Notes under the pieces: generated by a model | Databases searched by the model: none | What the model saw: the letters and a program-made list of their open reading frames with translations, nothing else | What the model was told of the DNA's origin: nothing | Source of the DNA: Eledone cirrhosa | Taxonomy: Eukaryota | Assembly: GCA_964016885.1 (NCBI GenBank) | Contig: OZ024762.1 | Span: 30,690,001 to 30,754,000, forward strand | Length of the DNA stretch: 64,000 bases | Direction of reading: 5' to 3' | Part shown: positions 26,868-39,689 of the stretch, piece by piece | How the letters are laid out: each line of letters begins with the position of its first letter | How positions within the stretch are numbered: position 1 is the first letter of the stretch | Program-made: the position numbers and the translations under genes

Positions 26868-29450
26868 ATGGTACTAGCTGTCAGAAGTAACTCCACTGTT
26901 GGTGAGAATTCATTTAGGTTCATGGTATTAGTTTGTCAGAAGTAACTCCACTGTTGGTGAGAATTCATTTAAGTCATGGTATTAGTTGTCAGAAGTAACT
27001 CCAATGTTGGTGAGAATTCATTTAAGTCATGGTACTAGCTGTCAGAAGTAACTCCAATGTTGGTGAGAATTCATTTAGGTTCATGGTATTAGCTGTCAGA
27101 AGGAACTCCACTGTTGGTGAGAATTCATTTAAGTTCATGGTATTAGCTGTCAGAAGTAACTCCACTGTTGGTGAGAATTCATTTAAGTTCATGGTACTAG
27201 CTGTCAGAAGTAACTCCAATGTTGGTGAGAATTCATTTAAGTTCATGGTATTAGCTGTCAGAAGTAACTCCACTGTTGGTGAGAATTCATTTAAGTCATG
27301 GTATTAGCTGTCAGAAGTAACTCCAATGTTGGTGAGAATTCATTTAAGTTCATGGTATTAGCTGTCAGAAGTAACTCCACTGTTGGTGAGAATTCATTTA
27401 AGTTCATGGTATTAGCTGTCAGAAGTAACTCCACTGTTGGTGAGAATTCATTTAAGTTCATGGTACTAGCTGTCAGAAGTAACTCCACTGTTGGTGAGAA
27501 TTCATTTAAGTTCATGGTATTAGTTTGTCAGAAGTAACTCCACTGTTGGTGAGAATTCATTTAAGTCATGGTATTAGTTGTCAGAAGTAACTCCAATGTT
27601 GGTGAGAATTCATTTAAGTCATGGTACTAGCTGTCAGAAGTAACTCCACTGTTGGTGAGAATTCATTTAAGTCATGGTATTAGCTGTCAGAAGGAACTCC
27701 ACTGTTGGTGAGAATTCATTTAAGTTCATGGTATTAGCTGTCAGAAGTAACTCCACTGTTGGTGAGAATTCATTTAAGTTCATGGTACTAGCTGTCAGAA
27801 GTAACTCCAATGTTGGTGAGAATTCATTTAAGTTCATGGTATTAGCTGTCAGAAGTAACTCCACTGTTGGTGAGAATTCATTTAAGCCATGGTATTAGCT
27901 GTCAGAAGGAACTCCACTGTTGGTGAGAATTCATTTAAGTTCATGGTATTAGCTGTCAGAAGTAACTCCACTGTTGGTGAGAATTCATTTAAGTTCATGG
28001 TACTAGCTGTCAGAAGTAACTCCAATGTTGGTGAGAATTCATTTAAGTTCATGGTATTAGCTGTCAGAAGTAACTCCACTGTTGGTGAGAATTCATTTAA
28101 GTTCATGGTATTAGCTGTCAGAAGTAACTCCACTGTTGGTGAGAATTCATTTAAGTTCATGGTACTAGCTGTCAGAAGTAACTCCACTGTTGGTGAGAAT
28201 TCATTTAGGTTCATGGTATTAGTTTGTCAGAAGTAACTCCACTGTTGGTGAGAATTCATTTAAGTCATGGTATTAGTTGTCAGAAGTAACTCCAATGTTG
28301 GTGAGAATTCATTTAAGTCATGGTACTAGCTGTCAGAAGTAACTCCAATGTTGGTGAGAATTCATTTAGGTTCATGGTATTAGCTGTCAGAAGGAACTCC
28401 ACTGTTGGTGAGAATTCATTTAAGTTCATGGTATTAGCTGACAGAAGTAACTCCACTGTTGGTGAGAATTCATTTAAGTTCATGGTACTAGCTGTCAGAA
28501 GTAACTCCAATGTTGGTGAGAATTCATTTAAGTTCATGGTATTAGCTGTCAGAAGTAACTCCACTGTTGGTGAGAATTCATTTAAGTCATGGTATTAGCT
28601 GTCAGAAGTAACTCCAATGTTGGTGAGAATTCATTTAAGTTCATGGTATTAGCTGTCAGAAGTAACTCCACTGTTGGTGAGAATTCATTTAAGTTCATGG
28701 TATTAGCTGTCAGAAGTAACCCCACTGTTGGTGAGAATTCATTTAAGTTCATGGTACTAGCTGTCAGAAGTAACTCCACTGTTGGTGAGAATTCATTTAA
28801 GTTCATGGTATTAGTTTGTCAGAAGTAACTCCACTGTTGGTGAGAATTCATTTAAGTCATGGTATTAGTTGTCAGAAGTAACTCCAATGTTGGTGAGAAT
28901 TCATTTAAGTCATGGTACTAGCTGTCAGAAGTAACTCCACTGTTGGTGAGAATTCATTTATGTCATGGTATTAGCTGTCAGAAGGAACTCCACTGTTGGT
29001 GAGAATTCATTTAAGTTCATGGTATTAGCTGTCAGAAGTAACTCCACTGTTGGTGAGAATTCATTTAAGTTCATGGTACTAGCTGTCAGAAGTAACTCCA
29101 ATGTTGGTGAGAATTCATTTAAGTTCATGGTATTAGCTGTCAGAAGTAACTCCACTGTTGGTGAGAATTCATTTAAGTCATGGTATTAGCTGTCAGAAGG
29201 AACTCCACTGTTGGTGAGAATTCATTTAAGTTCATGGTATTAGCTGTCAGAAGTAACTCCACTGTTGGTGAGAATTCATTTAAGTTCATGGTACTAGCTG
29301 TCAGAAGTAACTCCAATGTTGGTGAGAATTCATTTAAGTTCATGGTATTAGCTGTCAGAAGTAACTCCACTGTTGGTGAGAATTCATTTAAGTTCATGGT
29401 ATTAGCTGTCAGAAGTAACTCCACTGTTGGTGAGAATTCATTTAAGTTCA
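26868..29450. repeat. Local higher-order repeat: 2 x 1291 bp (24 monomers)
   Basis: ORF pairs 27029/28320, 27298/28589, 27674/28965 and 27889/29180 are all offset by 1291 (=24x54-5). The tttagg variant occurs at ~26913/28204 and ~27074/28365. A few copy-private SNPs are present. Confidence 0.9.
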
Positions 29451-31559
29451 TGGTATTAGCTGTCAGAAGTAACTCCACTGTTGGTGAGAATTCATTTAAG
29501 TTCATGGTACTAGCTGTCAGAAGTAACTCCACTGTTGGTGAGAATTCATTTAAGTTCATGGTATTAGTTTGTCAGAAGTAACTCCACTGTTGGTGAGAAT
29601 TCATTTAAGTCATGTTATTAGTTGTCAGAAGTAACTCCAATGTTGGTGAGAATTCATTTAAGTCATGGTACTAGCTGTCAGAAGTAACTCCACTGTTGGT
29701 GAGAATTCATTTAAGTCATGGTACTAGCTGTCAGAAGTAACTCCACTGTTGGTGAGAATTCATTAAATTCATGGTATTAGCTGTCAGAAGTAACTCCACT
29801 GTTGGTGAGAATTCATTTAAGTCATGGTATTAGTTGTCAGAAGTAACTCCAATGTTGGTGAGAATTCATTTAAGTTCATGGTACTAGCTGTCAGAAGTAA
29901 CTCCACTGTTGGTGAGAATTCATTTAAGTTGATGGTATTAGCTGTCAGAAGGAACTCCACTGTTGGTGAGAATTCATTTAAGTTCATGGTCCTAGCTGTC
30001 AGAAGTAACTCCACTGTTGGTGAGAATTCATTTAAGTTCATGGTATTAGTTTGTCAGAAGTAACGCCACTGTTGGTGAGAATTCATTTAAGTCATGGTAT
30101 TAGTTGTCAGAAGTAACTCCAATGTTGGTGAGAATTCATTTAAGTCATGGTACTAGCTGTCAGAAGTAACTCCAATGTTGGTGAGAATTCATTTAAGTTC
30201 ATGGTATTAGCTGTCAGAAGGAACTCCACTGTTGGTGAGAATTCATTTAAGTTCATGGTATTAGCTGTCAGAAGTAACTCCACTGTTGGTGAGAATTCAT
30301 TTAAGTCATGGTATTAGCTGTCAGAAGTAACTCCATTGTTGGTGAGAATTCATTTAAGTCATGGTACTAGCTGTCAGAAGTAACTCCACTGTTGGTGAGA
30401 ATTCATTTAAGTTCATGGTACTAGCTGTCAGAAGTAACTCCACTGTTGGTGAGAATTCATTTAAGTTCATGGTACTAGCTGTCAGAAGTAACTCCACTGT
30501 TGGTGAGAATTCATTTAAGTTCATGGTACTAGCTGTCAGAAGTAACTCCAATGTTGGTGAGAATTCATTTAAATTCATGGTATTAGCTGTCAGAAGTAAC
30601 TCCACTGTTGGTGAGAATTCATTTAAGTTCATGGTACTAGCTGTCAGAAGTAACCCCAATGTTGGTGAGAATTCATTTAAGTTCATGGTATTAGCTGTCA
30701 GAAGTCACTCCAATGTTGGTGAGAATTCATTTCAGTTAATGGTATTAGCTGTCAGAAGTAACTCCACTGTTGGTGAGAATTCATTTAAGTTCATGGTATT
30801 AGCTGTGAGAAGTAACTCCACTGTTGGGGAGAATTCATTTAAGTTCATGGTATTAGCTGTCAGAAGTAACGCCACTGTTGGTGAGAATTCATTTAAGTTG
30901 ATGGTATTAGCTGTCAGAAGGAACTCCACTGTTGGTGAGAATTCATTTAAGTTCATGGTACTAGCTGTCAGAAGTAACTCCACTGTTGGTGAGAATTCAT
31001 TTAGGTTCATGGTATTAGTTTGTCAGAAGTAACTCCACTGTTGGTGAGAATTCATTTAAGTCATGGTATTAGTTGTCAGAAGTAACTCCAATGTTGGTGA
31101 GAATTCATTTAAGTCATGGTACTAGCTGTCAGAAGTAACTCCAATGTTGGTGAGAATTCATTTAGGTTCATGGTATTAGCTGTCAGAAGGAACTCCACTG
31201 TTGGTGAGAATTCATTTAAGTTCATGGTATTAGCTGTCAGAAGTAACTCCACTGTTGGTGAGAATTCATTTAAGTTCATGGTACTAGCTGTCAGAAGTAA
31301 CTCCAATGTTGGTGAGAATTCATTTAAGTTCATGGTATTAGCTGTCAGAAGTAACTCCACTGTTGGTGAGAATTCATTTAAGTCATGGTATTAGCTGTCA
31401 GAAGTAACTCCAATGTTGGTGAGAATTCATTTAAGTTCATGGTATTAGCTGTCAGAAGTAACTCCACTGTTGGTGAGAATTCATTTAAGTTCATGGTATT
31501 AGCTGTCAGAAGTAACTCCACTGTTGGTGAGAATTCATTTAAGTTCATGGTACTAGCTG

Positions 31560-33880
31560 TCAGAAGTAACTCCACTGTTGGTGAGAATTCATTTAAGTTC
31601 ATGGTATTAGTTTGTCAGAAGTAACTCCACTGTTGGTGAGAATTCATTTAAGTCATGGTATTAGTTGTCAGAAGTAACTCCAATGTTGGTGAGAATTCAT
31701 TTAAGTTCATGGTATTAGCTGTCAGAAGGAACTCCACTGTTGGTGAGAATTCATTTAAGTTCATGGTATTAGCTGTCAGAAGTAACTCCACTGTTGGTGA
31801 GAATTCATTTAAGTTCATGGTACTAGCTGTCAGAAGTAACTCCAATGTTGGTGAGAATTCATTTAAGTTCATGGTATTAGCTGTCAGAAGTAACTCCACT
31901 GTTGGTGAGAATTCATTTAAGTTCATGGTATTAGCTGTCAGAAGTAACTCCACTGTTGGTGAGAATTCATTTAAGTTCATGGTATTAGCTGTCAGAAGTA
32001 ACTCCACTGTTGGTGAGATTTCATTTAAGTTCATGGTATTAGCTGTCAGAAGTAACTCCACTGTTGGTGAGAATTCATTTAAGTTCATGGTACTAGCTGT
32101 CAGAAGTAACTCCACTGTTGGTGAGAATTCATTTAAGTTCATGGTATTAGTTTGTCAGAAGTAACTCCACTGTTGGTGAGAATTCATTTAAGTCATGTTA
32201 TTAGTTGTCAGAAGTAACTCCAATGTTGGTGAGAATTCATTTAAGTCATGGTACTAGCTGTCAGAAGTAACTCCACTGTTGGTGAGAATTCATTTAAGTC
32301 ATGGTACTAGCTGTCAGAAGTAACTCCACTGTTGGTGAGAATTCATTAAATTCATGGTATTAGCTGTCAGAAGTAACTCCACTGTTGGTGAGAATTCATT
32401 TAAGTCATGGTATTAGTTGTCAGAAGTAACTCCAATGTTGGTGAGAATTCATTTAAGTTCATGGTACTAGCTGTCAGAAGTAACTCCACTGTTGGTGAGA
32501 ATTCATTTAAGTTCATGGTATTAGCTGTCAGAAGTAACTCCACTGTTGGTGAGAATTCATTTAAGTCATGGTATGTATTAGCTGTCAGAAGTAACTCCAT
32601 TGTTGGTGAGAATTCATTTAAGTCATGGTACTAGCTGTCAGAAGTAACTCCACTGTTGGTGAGAATTCATTTAAGTTGATGGTATTAGCTGTCAGAAGGA
32701 ACTCCACTGTTGGTGAGAATTCATTTAAGTTCATGGTCCTAGCTGTCAGAAGTAACTCCACTGTTGGTGAGAATTCATTTAAGTTCATGGTATTAGTTTG
32801 TCAGAAGTAACTCCACTGTTGGTGAGAATTCATTTAAGTCATGGTATTAGTTGTCAGAAGTAACTCCAATGTTGGTGAGAATTCATTTAAGTTCATGGTA
32901 TTAGCTGTCAGAAGGAACTCCACTGTTGGTGAGAATTCATTTAAGTTCATGGTATTAGCTGTCAGAAGTAACTCCACTGTTGGTGAGAATTCATTTAAGT
33001 TCATGGTACTAGCTGTCAGAAGTAACTCCAATGTTGGTGAGAATTCATTTAAGTTCATGGTATTAGCTGTCAGAAGTAACTCCACTGTTGGTGAGAATTC
33101 ATTTAAGTTCATGGTATTAGCTGTCAGAAGTAACTCCACTGTTGGTGAGAATTCATTTAAGTTCATGGTATTAGCTGTCAGAAGTAACTCCACTGTTGGT
33201 GAGAATTCATTTAAGTTCATGGTATTAGCTGTCAGAAGTAACTCCACTGTTGGTGAGAATTCATTTAAGTTCATGGTACTAGCTGTCAGAAGTAACTCCA
33301 CTGTTGGTGAGAATTCATTTAAGTTCATGGTATTAGTTTGTCAGAAGTAACTCCACTGTTGGTGAGAATTCATTTAAGTCATGTTATTAGTTGTCAGAAG
33401 TAACTCCAATGTTGGTGAGAATTCATTTAAGTCATGGTACTAGCTGTCAGAAGTAACTCCACTGTTGGTGAGAATTCATTTAAGTCATGGTACTAGCTGT
33501 CAGAAGTAACTCCACTGTTGGTGAGAATTCATTAAATTCATGGTATTAGCTGTCAGAAGTAACTCCACTGTTGGTGAGAATTCATTTAAGTCATGGTACT
33601 AGTTGTCAGAAGTAACTCCAATGTTGGTGAGAATTCATTTAAGTTCATGGTACTAGCTGTCAGAAGTAACTCCACTGTTGGTGATAATTCATTTAAGTTC
33701 ATGGTATTAGCTGTCAGAAGTAACTCCACTGTTGGTGAGAATTCATTTAAGTCATGGTATGTATTAGCTGTCAGAAGTAACTCCATTGTTGGTGAGAATT
33801 CATTTAAGTCATGGTACTAGCTGTCAGAAGTAACTCCACTGTTGGTGAGAATTCATTTAAGTTGATGGTATTAGCTGTCA
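31560..33880. repeat. Local higher-order repeat: 2 x 1186 bp (22 monomers)
   Basis: ORF pairs 31655/32841 and 32407/33593 are offset by 1186 (=22x54-2). Both copies carry cattaaattc and the GTAT micro-duplication (ggtatgtattag, ~32570/33756). Confidence 0.92.
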
Positions 33881-36800
33881 GAAGTAACTCCAATGTTGGT
33901 GAGAATTCATTTAAGTCATGGTACTAGCTGTCAGAAGTAACTCCAATGTTGGTGAGAATTCATTTAAGTTCATGGTATTAGCTGTCAGAAGGAACTCCAC
34001 TGTTGGTGAGAATTCATTTAAGTTCATGGTATTAGCTGTCAGAAGTAACTCCACTGTTGGTGAGAATTCATTTAAGTTCATGGTATTAGCTGTCAGAAGT
34101 AACTCCACTGTTGGTGAGAATTCATTTAAGTTCATGGTACTAGCTGTCAGAGGTAACTCCACTGTTGGTGAGAATTCATTTAAGTTCATGGTATTAGCTG
34201 TCAGAAGTAACTCCACTGTTGGTGAGAATTCATTTAAGTCATGGTATTAGCTGTCAGAAGTAACTCCATTGTTGGTGAGAATTCATTTAAGTCATGGTAC
34301 TAGCTGTCAGAAGTACCTCCACTGTTGGTGAGAATTCATTTAAGTTCATGGTACTAGCTGTCAGAAGTAACTCCACTGTTGGTGAGAATTCATTTAAGTT
34401 CATGGTACTAGCTGTCAGAAGTAACTCCACTGTTGGTGAGAATTCATTTAAGTTCATGGTACTTGCTGTCAGAAGTAACTCCAATGTTGGTGAGAATTCA
34501 TTTAAATTCATGGTATTAGCTGTCAGAAGTAACTCCACTGTTGGTGAGAATTCATTTAAGTTCATGGTACTAGCTGTCAGAAGTAACCCCAATGTTGGTG
34601 AGAATTCATTTAAGTTCATGGTATTAGCTGTCAGAAGTCACTCCAATGTTGGTGAGAATTCATTTAAGTTCATGGTATTAGCTGTCAGAAGTAACTCCAC
34701 TGTTGGTGAGAATTCATTTAAGTTCATGGTATTAGCTGTCAGAAGTAACTCCACTGTTGGGGAGAATTCATTTAAGTTCATGGTATTAGTTGTCAGAAGT
34801 AACTCCACTGTTGGTGAGAATTCATTTAAGTTGATGGTATTAGCTGTCAGAAGGAACTCCACTGTTGGTGAGAATTCATTTAAGTTCATGGTACTAGCTG
34901 TCAGAAGTAACTCCACTGTTGGTGAGAATTCATTTAGGTTCATGGTATTAGTTTGTCAGAAGTAACTCCACTGTTGGTGAGAATTCATTTAAGTCATGGT
35001 ATTAGTTGTCAGAAGTAACTCCAATGTTGGTGAGAATTCATTTAAGTCATGGTACTAGCTGTCAGAAGTAACTCCAATGTTGGTGAGAATTCATTTAAGT
35101 TCATGGTATTAGCTGTCAGAAGTAACTCCACTGTTGGTGAGAATTCATTTAAGTTCATGGTATTAGCTGTCAGAAGTAACTCCACTGTTGGTGAGAATTC
35201 ATTTAAGTTCATGGTACTAGCTGTCAGAAGTAACTCCACTGTTGGTGAGAATTCATTTAAGTTCATGGTATTAGTTTGTCAGAAGTAACTCCACTGTTGG
35301 TGAGAATTCATTTAAGTCATGGTATTAGTTGTCAGAAGTAACTCCAATGTTGGTGAGAATTCATTTAAGTCATGGTACTAGCTGTCAGAAGTAACTCCAC
35401 TGTTGGTGAGAATTCATTTAAGTCATGGTACTAGCTGTCAGAAGTAACTCCACTGTTGGTGAGAATTCATTTAAGTTCATGGTATTAGCTGTCAGAAGGA
35501 ACTCCACTGTTGGTGAGAATTCATTTAAGTTCATGGTATTAGCTGTCAGAAGTAACTCCACTGTTGGTGAGAATTCATTTAAGTTCATGGTACTAGCTGT
35601 CAGAAGTAACTCCAATGTTGGTGAGAATTCATTTAAGTTCATGGTATTAGCTGTCAGAAGTAACTCCACTGTTGGTGAGAATTCATTTAAGTTCATGGTA
35701 TTAGCTGTCAGAAGTAACTCCACTGTTGGTGAGAATTCATTTAAGTTCATGGTACTAGCTGTCAGAAGTAACTCCACTGTTGGTGAGAATTCATTTAAGT
35801 TCATGGTATTAGTTGTCAGAAGTAACTCCACTGTTGGTGAGAATTCATTTAAGTTCATGGTACTAGCTGTCAGAAGTAACTCCACTGTTGGTGAGAATTC
35901 ATTTAAGTTCATGGTACTAGCTGTCAGAAGTAACTCCAATGTTGGTGAGAATTCATTTAAATTCATGGTATTAGCTGTCAGAAGTAACTCCACTGTTGGT
36001 GAGAATTCATTTAAGTTCATGGTACTTGCTGTCAGAAGTAACTCCAATGTTGGTGAGAATTCATTTAAATTCATGGTATTAGCTGTCAGAAGTAACTCCA
36101 CTGTTGGTGAGAATTCATTTAAGTTCATGGTACTAGCTGTCAGAAGTAACACCAATGTTGGTGAGAATTCATTTAAGTTCATGGTATTAGCTGTCAGAAG
36201 TCACTCCAATGTTGGTGAGAATTCATTTAAGTTCATGGTATTAGCTGTCAGAAGTAACTCCACTGTTGGTGAGAATTCATTTAAGTTCATGGTATTAGCT
36301 GTCAGAAGTAACTCCACTGTTGGGGAGAATTCATTTAAGTTCATGGTATTAGTTGTCAGAAGTAACTCCACTGTTGGTGAGAATTCATTTAAGTTGATGG
36401 TATTAGCTGTCAGAAGGAACTCCACTGTTGGTGAGAATTCATTTAAGTTCATGGTACTAGCTGTCAGAAGTAACTCCACTGTTGGTGAGAATTCATTTAG
36501 GTTCATGGTATTAGTTTGTCAGAAGTAACTCCACTGTTGGTGAGAATTCATTTAAGTCATGGTATTAGTTGTCAGAAGTAACTCCAAAGTTGGTGAGAAT
36601 TCATTTAAGTCATGGTACTAGCTGTCAGAAGTAACTCCAATGTTGGTGAGAATTCATTTAGGTTCATGGTATTAGCTGTCAGAAGGAACTCCACTGTTGG
36701 TGAGAATTCATTTAAGTTCATGGTATTAGCTGTCAGAAGTAACTCCACTGTTGGTGAGAATTCATTTAAGTTCATGGTACTAGCTGTCAGAAGTAACTCC

Positions 36801-39689
36801 AATGTTGGTGAGAATTCATTTAAGTTCATGGTATTAGCTGTCAGAAGTAACTCCACTGTTGGTGAGAATTCATTTAAGTCATGGTATTAGCTGTCAGAAG
36901 TAACTCCAATGTTGGTGAGAATTCATTTAAGTTCATGGTATTAGCTGTCAGAAGTAACTCCACTGTTGGTGAGAATTCATTTAAGTTCATGCTATTAGCT
37001 GTCAGAAGTAACTCCACTGTTGGTGAGAATTCATTTAAGTTCATGGTACTAGCTGTCAGAAGTAACTCCACTGTTGGTGAGAATTCATTTAAGTTCATGG
37101 TATTAGTTTGTCAGAAGTAACTCCACTGTTGGTGAGAATTCATTTAAGTCATGGTATTAGTTGTCAGAAGTAACTCCAATGTTGGTGAGAATTCATTTAA
37201 GTCATGGTACTAGCTGTCAGAAGTAACTCCACTGTTGGTGAGAATTCATTTAAGTCATGGTACTAGCTGTCAGAAGTAACTCCACTGTTGGTGAGAATTC
37301 ATTTAAGTTCATGGTATTAGCTGTCAGAAGGAACTCCACTGTTGGTGAGAATTCATTTAAGTTCATGGTATTAGCTGTCAGAAGTAACTCCACTGTTGGT
37401 GAGAATTCATTTAAGTTCATGGTACTAGCTGTCAGAAGTAACTCCAATGTTGGTGAGAATTCATTTAAGTTCATGGTATTAGCTGTCAGAAGTAACTCCA
37501 CTGTTGGTGAGAATTCATTTAAGTTCATGGTATTAGCTGTCAGAAGTAACTCCACTGTTGGTGAGAATTCATTTAAGTTCATGGTACTAGCTGTCAGAAG
37601 TAACTCCACTGTTGGTGAGAATTCATTTAAGTTCATGGTATTAGTTGTCAGAAGTAACTCCACTGTTGGTGAGAATTCATTTAAGTTCATGGTACCAGCT
37701 GTCAGAAGTAACTCCACTGTTGGTGAGAATTCATTTAAGTTCATGGTACTAGCTGTCAGAAGTAACTCCAATGTTGGTGAGAATTCATTTAAATTCATGG
37801 TATTAGCTGTCAGAAGTAACTCCACTGTTGGTGAGAATTCATTTAAGTTCATGGTACTAGCTGTCAGAAGCAACTCCACTGTTGATGAGAATTCATTTAA
37901 GTTCATGGTATTAGCTGTCAGAAGTAACTCCACTGTTGGTGAGAATTCATTTAAGTTCATGGTACTAGCTGTCAGAAGTAACCCCAATGTTGGTGAGAAT
38001 TCATTTAAGTTCATGGTATTAGCTGTCAGAAGTCACTCCAATGTTGGTGAGAATTCATTTAAGTTCATGGTATTAGCTGTCAGAAGTCACTCCACTGTTG
38101 GTGAGAATTCATTTAAGTTCATGGTACTAGCTGTCAGAAGTAACCCCAATGTTGGTGAGAATTCATTTAAGTTCATGGTATTAGCTGTCAGAAGTCACTC
38201 CAATGTTGGTGAGAATTCATTTAAGTTCATGGTATTAGCTGTCAGAAGTAACTCCACTGTTGGTGAGAATTCATTTAAGTTCATGGTACTAGCTGTCAGA
38301 AGTAACCCCAATGTTGGTGAGAATTCATTTAAGTTCATGGTATTAGCTGTCAGAAGTCACTCCAATGTTGGTGAGAATTCATTTAAGTTCATGGTATTAG
38401 CTGTCAGAAGTCACTCCACTGTTGGTGAGAATTCATTTAAGTTCATGGTACTAGCTGTCAGAAGTAACCCCAATGTTGGTGAGAATTCATTTAAGTTCAT
38501 GGTATTAGCTGTCAGAAGTAACTCCACTGTTGGTGAGAATTCATTTAAGTTCATGGTATTAGCTGTCAGAAGTAACTCCACTGTTGGTGAGAATTCATTT
38601 AAGTTCATGGTATTAGCTGTCAGAAGTAACTCCACGGTTGGTGAGAATTCATTTAAGTTGATGGTATTAGCTGTCAGAAGGAACTCCACTGTTGGTGAGA
38701 ATTCATTTAAGTTCATGGTGCTAGCTGTCAGAAGTAACTCCACTGTTGGTGAGAATTCATTTAAGTCATGGTATTAGTTGTCAGAAGTAACTCCAATGTT
38801 GGTGAGAATTCATTTAAGTCATGGTACTAGCTGTCAGAAGTAACTCCACTGTTGGTGAGAATTCATTTATGTCATGGTACTAGCTGTCAGAAGTAACTCC
38901 ACTGTTGGTGAGAATTCATTTATGTTCATGGTATTAGCTGTCAGAAGGAACTCCACTGTTGGTGAGAATTCATTTAAGTTCATGGTATTAGCTGTCAGAA
39001 GTAACTCCACTGTTGGTGAGAATTCATTTAAGTTCATGGTACTAGCTGTCAGAAGTAACTCCAATGTTGGTGAGAATTCATTTAAGTTCATGGTATTAGC
39101 TGTCAGAAGTAACTGCACTGTTGGTGAGAATTCATTTAAGTTCATGGTACTAGCTGTCAGAAGTAACTCCACTGTTGGTGAGAATTCATTTAAGTTCATG
39201 GTATTAGTTGTCAGAAGTAACTCCACTGTTGGTGAGAATTCATTTAAGTTCATGGTACTAGCTGTCAGAAGTAACTCCACTGTTGGTGAGAATTCATTTA
39301 AGTTCATGGTACTAGCTGTCAGAAGTAACTCCAATGTTGGTGAGAATTCATTTAAATTCATGGTATTAGCTGTCAGAAGTAACTCCACTGTTGGTGAGAA
39401 TTCATTTAAGTTCATGGTACTAGCTGTCAGAAGCAACTCCACTGTTGATGAGAATTCATTTAAGTTCATGGTATTAGCTGTCAGAAGTAACTCCACTGTT
39501 GGTGAGAATTCATTTAAGTTCATGGTACTAGCTGTCAGAAGTAACCCCAATGTTGGTGAGAATTCATTTAAGTTCATGGTATTAGCTGTCAGAAGTCACT
39601 CCAATGTTGGTGAGAATTCATTTAAGTTCATGGTATTAGCTGTCAGAAGTCACTCCACTGTTGGTGAGAATTCATTTAAGTTCATGGTA

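Noticed and set aside
1594-33820. 31,999-bp offset between identical blocks, almost exactly half the window, as a data-processing artefact or a true 32-kb period
   Set aside because: Adjacent homologous blocks have a different offset (2080 vs 33918 = 31,838) and the rest of the two window halves do not match, so the closeness to 32,000 is coincidental.
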